Assembly: GCA_023213395.1 (NCBI GenBank) | Contig: CM041465.1 | Coordinates: 195,803,741-195,867,740 of the forward strand | DNA: 64,000 nucleotides | Origin: Cycas panzhihuaensis | Taxonomy: Eukaryota > Plantae > Cycadophyta | Reading direction: 5' to 3' | Shown here: piece after piece, positions 54,131-64,000 of the stretch | Position numbering within the stretch: the first letter of the stretch is position 1 | Layout of the letters: each line of letters begins with the position of its first letter | Position numbers and translations under genes: made by a program | The notes under the pieces: model-generated | Database searches by the model: none | Told to the model about the DNA's origin: nothing | What the model saw: the letters and a program-made list of their open reading frames with translations, nothing else

Positions 54131-54699
54131 ACCAAATGTGCATTAAGGGGGAGTGTTGAAATATTAGCAATGCACATTTGTTTTGTGCCACATGTAAGTG
54201 GGTCCCACTCTCACTATCATATCATGTATTATAAATATACAAGGTGTATCATCTGAGTATCTATTGTAAGGATGTTTTGTTAATACAATTTGAGGTACCT
54301 TAAGGGAACCGTTCGATCATGGAGGTGTTTTTGTTCTGTTTTGTGAATATTTTTGTGCAGGTTATGTTTTCCAACACACACAACCTCATCAAAAAAGGAA
54401 AAGAATTACCATTGTACATATGTGAGTGTATGTGTGATTGTAATCATTTTCTCAAAGATAATAGAAGAGATTTTACACCTTCCTTCCCTCTTCGACAATC
54501 CCGTGCAATCAAATAACATTCTCTAAAGTTTCCAATCACACAAATACACATCACCAGTTTTGCTAGTTTCTTACAGATGTGTAAAGTCGTGCATGAACAT
54601 TGCCTAAGAAATCCATTTGGCTTACATAGGCAAGATGCTCTATTTTTGGGAATTCCAACTTGGATTCACACCAAAACAATGAAATGATCATAGAACTTA

Positions 54700-55566
54700 T
54701 TTTATTTTCAAATATAACAGAATTATTTAAGACAATAATAATTATCCACCATGCACCAAAATAGAGATATCCATTGAAAATATATGCTAGTCAATAATAA
54801 TGATGATATAACAAATGTTGAGTATTACAGAAAAGTACCCTCTTCGAGGTGAGGTGTCCTCCCAAGAACCATTGCAATCAAGAACACAATTGCCACAACC
54901 AAGTATATTTCACCAAGATGATTTACAAATGGGGGCAGGTTGCCCTATAAATAGGTGTGATAAACAATATGTATGGAAGTAAACTTTTTGACAAAGTAGA
55001 GGTTGGCCTAGAAAGTAGAAGCCGGCCTAATAGAAGATAGAATTAATAAAGAGAAAGCAGCCAACATTGTAGAAATGCTACAAGCACCCCCCCCTCCCCC
55101 CCAACTGTCCCGCCCCCACCCCCACCAACCCCAACCAAAAAAAAAAACATGCTTTGGCCTCAAAGCATGGGAATGTGAGTGTTGCCAGTACCATGCTTCA
55201 GATTCCCACAAAGCATCTTTCTCGTTGCGGTGTTTCAACTTGATCAAATACTCCCAAATCTCCCTAGAGCAAAGTTGCTTGGTTCAGCTCTAGAGAATGC
55301 CTTTAGGTTCTACAATTAGCTTTCCTTCTTCATCCAATATTAGAAGTTTCACTAGTGATATTATGGTTTGACTTAACTTTGGTTTGATACAAAAAACATG
55401 GAATACATTGTGCACTTGGGTGCCAGGTAGCAGATCAAGTCAGTATTGTACTTCTCCAACTTTCACCAAGATTTGATATGGCCTGTAAAACTATAGTTGC
55501 AATTTTTGCCTCCTTGTTCACCATAGTGTAGATTATTTATATGGTTGAAGCCTTCAAACACCCAAT
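54700..55566 (-). mobile_element. Chromovirus integrase/chromodomain end plus 3' LTR (LTR starts at 55082)
   Basis: YRPYQILVKVGEV, VHNVFHV, EYLIKLK; tgtagcatt LTR start as in the other copies. Distal end approximate. Confidence 0.75.
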
Positions 55567-56364
55567 TGTTGGACAGACAGTTTGGACAAAATAAGAACAT
55601 AGATGAAAGATGTGAGGAATCACTTGTATTAGCTTGGAGACAATGTCTCTATAAATACATAACTGATTTCTGACTGTTACAAAGAGAAATGTAACTGACC
55701 CTTCTCTACATGACAAGCGTCAAAATATGAGGTGAGAGTTACATTGTGAGAGGTGGTGCAACATTACACCTTTTCCTAGTAAGATAAAACATTATGTCCT
55801 AACACCCTCTCTTAATGTTTTATCTCTTTCAGCCCAATTTTATCTCTTAGAATTTGAAGCTTCTCTTTTGTAAGAGGTTTTGTCATGAGATTTGCTATTT
55901 GTTCTGACAAGGGACAATATTCTAAGTCGATTTCTTTGTTGCTCACCTTCTCTCTTATGAAGTGATGATGTACTTCTATATGTTTCATTCTAGCATGCAA
56001 AACTAGATTCTTGGTAAGCTTTATAGCACTTTGGTTATCACAAAATAAGATTGTTGCTTGATTTTGTTTTTTTTTCTATTTCAGCAAGAAGTTGTCTTAA
56101 CCATATTGCTTCACATGTTGCTATTACAGCAGCGTTGTACTCGGCTTTAGTTGATGAAAGTGCCCAGTGGGTTGCTTTTTACTACACCATGAAATGATTG
56201 CTGATCCTAAGAAGAAACAATACCCACTTGTAGACTTCCTTTGTTCCTTGTCGCCAGCCCAATCTGAGTCATAGTAGCCTATCAAGCCCAATCTGAGTCA
56301 TGGTAGCCTATCAATTCTGTTGTTCCTTCTCAGGAATAATTAATTTGAGATCTTTTGTACCTTG
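55567..56364 (-). mobile_element. Ty1/copia RNase H end plus 3' LTR (55567-55804)
   Basis: DSDWAGD, HARMKHIEVHHHFIREKV; PPT ttaagagaggg. Confidence 0.85.
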
Positions 56365-56826
56365 TGTTGAGAGGTAATGTTTTATCATTAAGTAATTAAC
56401 GTATGTAATTATGACATGTGTCATAATGTTAGGCATTGGTTATTCGTCAAGTTATAACAGTTACGAACCCAATCATGTATTTAAGAAACTCATTACCTCA
56501 ATAAAGATGTTGAGTTATCATATCTGCCTTCTGTCTCTTGATTAAAACATTGACATGGTATCAGAGTAGGTTCAAGGGTAACTGCCTGATTGAAAGGAAA
56601 GAAGATCTGATTTCTGAAGATAGGTCAAGGGTCAAAGAAGGGAGACTGGTCCGGAAGGCTTCTTAACACAGGACAAAAGCAATTAATGAGCATGTACGGA
56701 ACTATACGGAGCCATACGGTCGAGATTTTTTCAAAGTCATCAGATCGAGACGAAATTTGGTGACCAGATAGATCGAGGGACGGCCATCACTTTTCTCTTC
56801 TACGTCAAAGTCATTCAATGTCGTTT
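56365..56826 (+). mobile_element. Short-LTR element 5' end (LTR 56365-56555, Met PBS 56556-56567), interrupted at 56826
   Basis: tgttgaga...ttgaca followed directly by tggtatcagagt. Confidence 0.75.
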
Positions 56827-57168
56827 TGTTGGAATAATATACATTCCCATTACATGTCCATTTAAGTTCATTTCATTTCATTAGAATAATTGCTCACATA
56901 GAATATTCTAGATGAGAATATTCTAGTGAGAGAAGATTCTTAGTCAAAGTTTCTAGAAGTCAAAGATGCTCAACTATTAATGAGGTAGTTTGAGCACACC
57001 AAAAATCATGGGAGTTGTTGAACCACTTCCTATGTTTAGACTTAGTGTAAAGTTATAAATATGTATTTGTACCTTACATATTTTCTTAATGAGATTTGGA
57101 GAGTTGTGAGTCATTTATCATATTGTCATTTCTTGTGTTGTTCTCACATGTGTTTTATGACATGTCTC

Positions 57169-60100
57169 TGTTGGGACATATTGTGATATATAGGCCTTGA
57201 GGAAGACAGAATACAGGCTTGTATTGACCAAAGGAATGCAAGTACGGACCATACGGAGGTACGCACAAGGCGAAACAGTGAAGAAATCAGCATGCAGGTG
57301 CGTATGGCGGTGCGTGCACGGGCAGTGCGTACCGCAGATACGTACGCAGTGGTAGAGCAGGCGATGCATACGCACGATGCACGGGACCGGTGGAAACCTA
57401 GGAAGCTGCCAGACGTACGTACAGACGTACGGACCTAATGAAGACATTAGTTAAAGTGCATAACTAATGATTAAAGTGAAAGGGTACCTTGGTGACAAAA
57501 AGGTATGGTTATGACTTTGGGTCATAACCTTTCATCCAAAAGGCATCAAAGGGACATATTTAATGGTGCTTTGAGGACCATTCCAGTGTGAGAGCCGAGT
57601 GAATCAATCCCATGACATACTCTCGAGGGTGAGAGCCGAATATCACGGGTACGCAAAGGTGCAGAAGCCAGTACACATGACAGCCATTTGGAGCATCACT
57701 GTATGATAAGTACCATCTGGGTACGCATTGTAACAGAAAGACTGTATGCTGTTGGAATGCTCAGGAATGCATTCCAACCTCTGTCTAAATAAACTGCTGA
57801 CTTAATAAAAGGAAGAGTTACGTGGAAATTGGTGTATTCTTGGGGTTGTGATGATGATTTGCTGAGTATGTATTGATTTCTGTATTGTTGTGTACCATTC
57901 TGTGAATTATATATGGAATGTATGTGGAATGTATGTGATTGACCATGTTGACAGTATCCTGAAACTAGACTATAGCACTGTGTAACCTTGACAAGTGTAG
58001 CAAGGGGTATCTCGTAAGTGTAACAAGGCACCCCCAACAAATTCAACATTGGTTCCGTTGCCTACGTTCGTTGAGGAGGGACAGGGCCTAGGGGTTTCAA
58101 GAAAAAAAAAAAATGTGTAAAGGGCAGAGGACCCTGGCTGCCGTCGTGATGGCGGGCTGTAACTAAGCCACCGACAGCCAGGGGGCCTTCCAATGCCACC
58201 TAAGAGGCCTTGAAGGTCGGAAGAGCCCCAGAAGGATACTTCACCCAAGGAAAAGGAAACCAACAGACAAAGGGCACTAAGATGGTCAAAAGAAGCAAAA
58301 CTCAGAAGGGCGAGGAGATTAAGTTCGCAAAACAACGAGACTAAGGGACAATCCATTGAAGGATCTGAGGCAAGTGGAGCCCAGACACCCCAGGAAGAGG
58401 AAACCCATGGCGAACGCATGGTATTGACACCAGCCCCAATCAGAGATGATTTGTTTAGCCCGAAGATTGAAGGGAAGCCAAAAGTGGATGAAAAACATAA
58501 AGAGATCCTAACAGAGGGAAGTATACCAGTGGAGGACAGCCCGAAGGACCTAGGTGACAGCGATAAGAAGGCAGAGGAAGGTCCCTCGGCATATTGGAAA
58601 AACAAGCTAACGAGATGCTTTTGAAGATTCGACGAAAGGGATCGATCAATCTTACATTACGGTAACACCATTGACTATACAAGTTCCGGTGTAGTGGAAC
58701 CTATACACATAAAAGCGCATTTAAAAATCCGCTCTTTGGGAAAGAAATACAGTGATAGTTACTCGATGCATCCCCAAAGGAGGGAGGAAGGAAAGATCAC
58801 CATCGGTGGGGGCGATTGCAATCTCCCAAAATGGACGACTATAGAGACTTTGGGAAACTAATCTTTAATGATACTTCAGACGCAGCAGAGCATGTGTATC
58901 TATTTCAGAGCCTCATTGATGTCAAAAAGATTACAGACGAAGATGAAATCAAAGCACGCTTCGCCTGTACATTGAGAGGAGTACCCTTGGCATGGTATAA
59001 GGAAACAAACAAGAATGAGCCATGGGTGAAAATTAAGAAAGCATTTGAAGAAAGATTTCAAAAATTTCGCAGTAATGAAGCTGTGGAAATCGCACTACGA
59101 GAGATCAGACAAAGGCCGGGGGAATCCGTCCTAACTTACATTAGCCGAATGAAAATTATTGCGGCAAGCATGATCAATGAGACAATAACAGATCATAATA
59201 TGAAGAATTACTTTGTAAGAGAATTTGAATGAGAAGTTGCGAGCCATGATGCATGCTCATCCATTGAAATCATTTAAGAATGCTCAAGATCTGACATTAG
59301 ATTTTGAAATGGAAATGGACGCACAAGTGGGAGGACAAGACTCCTTGTTGCTGAGGTTACAAGACGAGATTAGAGAATTGAAGCAAAACTAGTACAACTG
59401 ACCCTTCTGCCAGGTAGGGGTAGCAGAAGAGGAATCGGAGTTGGAGGCATTGAGAAAAGAGGTGGCTAGATTGAAAATCAGAAATAACTGTGAAGAAGAG
59501 GAAACACCTAAAAAGAAAGAGCACACGGGAAGGGTAACCAAGTGGTGCCACATATGCGAAGAAAACTCACATACCACCAGGGAATGTGATTTAAATTTAA
59601 AAAATAGTGCATTGCACCAACAAGAGAAGTGGTGCCATATATGTGAAGTTGACACACATGCAACTAAGGATTGTTTTTACAATCCCAGGGGGAAGGCATT
59701 CAGAGGACGAGGTCGGGGAAGGGGAGGCAACCCACCTCGGAATGTGTATACAACGAGGGGCGCACCAGAACCCTCGAGGAAGAAAGCGGTGATGGGAGAT
59801 GCCTCATCATCTTGATTCGAACCTTTGGAAGTCAGAATGCCCAATAAAGCAAGAATACGAACATAAGCCGTTCATATGCAGCAACTGTGGCCCAAGTGAC
59901 CACAAAACAGAGGATTGCAAAGGGAAAGCCAAAGCGACTAACTTGATGACAATCGTGCCAGAAACCAAGAATGTCAAATTACAAAACAAACAGAAAGAGA
60001 AATTGGATGAAGGATATCCAAATCCACCGACAGAAATGGATAGATCTGAAAAGCGAAACAAGTGTTAGATGGCCTAGTCAGGAGGAGAATACATTACCAA

Positions 60101-63059
60101 TGGGTAAACCAGGAAGCGAAATCGTCTATGTTCGAAAAAAAACAAAAGGAGCAAGAAAAACTACAGGAAGAACTTAAAGTGAAACCCCAAATGGTGCAAA
60201 TGGAAGAGTTGTTTAAAGGATTACCGGAAGATATCCCGAATGTTGTTATTAATGGAAAATCTAGTGAAAGCGATTCTGATTGACTATTCCTCTGTCCCAA
60301 GTTATTGATTGGATCAAAGGAGGAGTGTTACAGAAGGGAATTACTAAGAGTTTGAAGCAAATTATACCATCATTCGATATGGATCCGATGGTAACCATGT
60401 CAGTCTTAGGAGAAACATTCCCACGGGTAATTGTGGATGGAGGCGCAGTAGTAAACGTGTTACCAGCTGCAACATGGCGTAGATTGGGAAGCCCGTCGGA
60501 AGCGACCTATTCACTGAAATTGGCTAATGAACTATTGGTGCGACCTGTGGGAAAACTGGCCAACATCAAGGTGGATGTGGCAGGAATTGTTATAAAGATC
60601 GATTTTACGATTGTGGAAACGGAGAAAGGTGCAATACCCTATCCAGCATTATTGGGGGGCCCTGGCTATACAAGACCCAGTGTCTCCAAAACTGGAAGAA
60701 CGTGACCTTCACCTTATCGGATAATGGAAACAAAGTGGTTTTACCGATGTTGGGGAAGAATTCCATTGAAGTGATACCTGACGATGATTCAAGTACAACC
60801 ATTGCGAGTGAAGCAACAACTTCTTCATTCGGTGAAGAAAATCTCTACCATACGGCCGAAGAACCTACCAAATTAATCGACCGCCAAGAAGTAGAACTGA
60901 CTTATTTTGGAGAAATCTACAATTCTTCAGATGATGAAAACGGGATGAGATTTGTGGATTATTGGCTACAGGACGCATATGAAGTCAACCCCTCATCCTA
61001 CAGGTGTAACCTACTTTCTCGGAATGTAACTGAGGAAGTTGATATTAAATCTAAATTTGCTGATTATACGAGTGTTCATAATAACATTAAAAACCTAGAC
61101 CCAAACCCAAATACCCCTTTTAACCCAAACCCTTACCCTAATTCACCTCCTAATACCCCAACCCCCTCTAGCCCTAACCTTCCCTCTACCTCCAGTGTGG
61201 GTCTTGAGGTAGATTGCCCTTCCCCACCCCCATCCCAGCCCGAGGAAGGAAGTAACAAACCTTCCTCATCTTCTTTAGAGGTACACCTACCCAACGGAAG
61301 ATCTTTTTCAACCATCGGCGCCAAATTTAAGGAAGAAGAAAAGGAACTTGCTAAGAGTATCCCTAGAGATTCCGAACTAGGAAAGAAAATTGCCACTCCA
61401 GAAGACAGAAATCATGGAGAATGCATTGGAGATTATGTGAAACCCTTTTATGAAGAACCACTATGTGGAAATTCCCATTTGAGACATTGTAGAGAACATT
61501 GGTTAGGAGAAGATCAATTAAGGGATCATAAGAAGAAACCAACAAAGCATACCACACCAAGGAAAAGGCGAAAAAAGACAAGGCACGACCGCCACGACAA
61601 GACATCATATTTCAAGAAGGGTGATCGAGTATGGCGATTCGACAACAAATCCCAAACATCCCAAGGAGAATTGAAGATGCATTGGAAAGGCCCATATAGG
61701 ATTGAGAAAGTGTACCAGAATGGCACTATCCAGTTGAAAAAACTATCAGGCCAGCTATTGCCTGGAATGGTCAAGGGTAGTAAACTGAAACCTTATATCA
61801 ACTAGGGTGGAGCAACTTACCAGCCGAATCAGTTGGTTGTACTATAACGTGTTGCATGAAGTCGAGGCAAAATCGAATTGCCTTGATACCGAAACGTGAT
61901 TCAATTCGGTATGTAACATAAAATACAAAAAAATTAAAAAATAGAAAAACAACCGTAACTCATATCATACAACTAAGCAATATGGTGAAGCATGGAGGAA
62001 AGATATATCATCATACGGAAAATCAAGGGAAAGTTGAACAAAACAAAGCGCCAATAGATGAGGATTTATTAACCAAGAATGGCGACCAAGTAGCGGAGCA
62101 GAGGCGAGGCGACCTTAGAGCAGAGGGGAGGAATACCCCAAATTTTGAATTTTTTGTTGAGCAAGGATGCTCAACCCAATCATGTTGACCCGAGATAGAT
62201 GTTGGGACATATTGTGACATATAGGCCTTGAGGAAGACGGAATACAGGCTTGTATTGACCAAAGGAATGCAAGTGCAGACCGCATGCGGAGAATGCGCAC
62301 AAGGTGAAAGTTGAAAAATCAGCATGCACGTATGGCGGTGCATACAGGCAGTGCGTGCCACGATACGTACCGATGGCGAATGAAAGCGATGCGCGGCGAT
62401 GACGGGACGGTGGAAGCACAGGAAGTCGCGTGCGTGCGGACGTCACGGACCTAATGAAGACCTTAGTTAAAGTGGATAACTAATGATTAAAGTGGAAGGG
62501 TACCTTGGTGACAAAAGGTATGGTTATGACTTTGGGTCATAACCTTTCATCAAAAGGCATCAAAGGGACATATTTAATGGTGCTTTGAGGACCATTCCGA
62601 TGTGAGCCAAGTGAATCAATCCCATGACATACTCTCGAGGGTGAGAGCCGGATATCACGCAGATGCAAAGGTGCGAAGCCGATGCATGCATGTGACCATT
62701 TAGAGCATCATTGTATGATAAGTACCATCCGGTACGCATTGTAACAGAAAAGGCGTATCTTTGCTAGAATGCTCAGGAATGCATTCCAGCCTCTGTGTAA
62801 ATGAACTGCTGACTTAATAAAAGGAAGAGTTACGTGGAAATTGGTGTATTCTTGGGGTTGTGATGATGATTTCTTTGAGTATGTATTGATTTACATCTTT
62901 GTGTACTATTCGGTGAATTATATATGGAATGTATGTGAAATGTATGTGAATGACCATGTTGACAGTATCCTGAAACTAGACTATAGCACTGTGTAACCTT
63001 GACAAGTGTAGCAAGGGGTATCTCGTAAGTGTAACAAGGCACCCCCAGCAAAGTCAACA
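57169..63059 (+). mobile_element. Complete non-autonomous Ty3/gypsy element (5,891 bp): gag-CCHC-protease-GPY/F, no RT, RNase H or integrase core
   Basis: LTRs 57169-58048 and 62200-63059; perfect TSD gtctc (57164-57168 and 63060-63064); PBS tggttccgttgcc. Confidence 0.93.
58193..61805 (+). pseudogene. Frameshifted polyprotein of the 57169-63059 element
   Basis: Capsid FACTLRGVPLAWY..FEERF..LREIRQRPGESVLTY; knuckles CHICEENSHTTREC, CHICEVDTHATKDC and CSNCGPSDHKTEDC; protease IVDGGAVVNVLP..LLG; terminal FKKGDRVW..HWKGPYRI..GSKLKPY. Confidence 0.85.
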
Positions 63060-64000
63060 GTCTCCTACTCCTATCCACTCATTCCTACATGGTATCAAAG
63101 CATATAGGTTATTGACACTTGTGTTCTGCCATGTGTGTTTCTGATTTCTGTCCATGTATGTGCAAAGTTCTGTCTTGAGAAGAATCTACCCTCCTTTTCT
63201 TACAACTGTGAGGCTATTGAATTTCTATTCTAAGATATTTTATACTTTGTACAAATTTTATGCTTTTGAGTGTCTATGAGAACATAGCTCCTATCCTGCC
63301 AGACACCACATCTATCTCTGTAGAGCCACACTTATGTAGCTTACTCACTTGCAAGAGCCATGAGAAAAAATGGTAGTCATTGAAAGGGGCACCTATGAGG
63401 AGGAGACACCACTATCACTGCCTGACAACCTGTTGCTATGGCACCCTGCCATCTTTTCGTTTGCTACAGAGTCTAACCCTATCGCACTTCAGTCTAGAAT
63501 ATTTCTAAGGAGCTACCAGTCCTCTGAACGATGTTATTATAGCCAACATTCATTGCAGTACCGAAAACTGTAGAGCCAGCCTCCTACTGAGCCACCACCA
63601 CGCTGTCACCTGCGATGTTGGAGCCCTCGAACGTCGCCTGCCAGATGCGAAGAAAGTAGAGCCGCCGATTTATAAGGCGCCACTGTTCGGAAGGAGCCGT
63701 CACCTGATTACGACAAGTCGCCCTCCGTTGAAGCCATTCCAGTGACAGCCGGTTATTGCTAGTCGTCACTATGGACAGAGCGCCATCTAGTCAAAGTCGT
63801 CCCTATGCCTTGTGCTGCCGTGCGATCTGCTCCAGCTAGCTACCATTCAAAGCTACGCTTTGTTGCTTGCCAGTGTCCTTCGGTCATCATAGCCCCCGTT
63901 GGAGCATTGACTCTGTTCGGCCGCCGTTCATCCTGAACGTAGCTAGCCACCAGTATGACAGATGGTTCAAAAGCTAGCCAACCGCCCTTCATTTGCTCTA

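Larger units (their letters stand above)
50096..54376 (+). mobile_element. Non-autonomous gag-only copia derivative (4,281 bp, 223-bp LTRs) carrying captured host sequence
   Basis: LTRs 50096-50318 and 54154-54376; PBS tggtatcagagc 50319-50330; PPT ttaagggggag; no pol domains. Confidence 0.92.
56827..64000 (+). mobile_element. Second family-F element; 5' LTR split into 56827-57168 and 63060-63089, PBS 63090-63101, runs off the window
   Basis: The rejoined LTR is about 96% identical to 29264-29628 and is followed by tggtatcaaagc. Confidence 0.93.

Overview
AT-rich plant nuclear DNA. The species cannot be determined here; giant TE-filled introns are typical of large-genome lineages such as gymnosperms or ferns. 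Most or all of the window lies inside one minus-strand gene, a calcineurin B-like Ca2+ sensor (CBL2/CBL3 type). Three small exons are present: 47728-47787, 29837-29945 and 2169-2221. They total 222 coding bp and are separated by GT-AG introns of 17,782 and 27,615 bp, with a further intron of at least 16 kb upstream. The introns are filled with nested, mostly decayed LTR retrotransposons: Ty1/copia remnants, five copies of a chromodomain-bearing Ty3/gypsy family, and three structurally well-defined non-autonomous elements. The most interesting observations are: (1) a gag-only copia derivative carrying an antisense histone H2B C-terminus plus a probable 3' UTR; (2) a TSD-flanked gypsy element encoding gag, protease and the integrase GPY/F tail but no RT, RNase H or integrase core; (3) a 4-kb non-autonomous element with two arrays of repeated hairpins, whose LTR is shared with a second element that has a very different interior; (4) a five-layer nested insertion. 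TE boundaries not anchored by an LTR end, PBS or PPT are approximate, and identities are hand counts.
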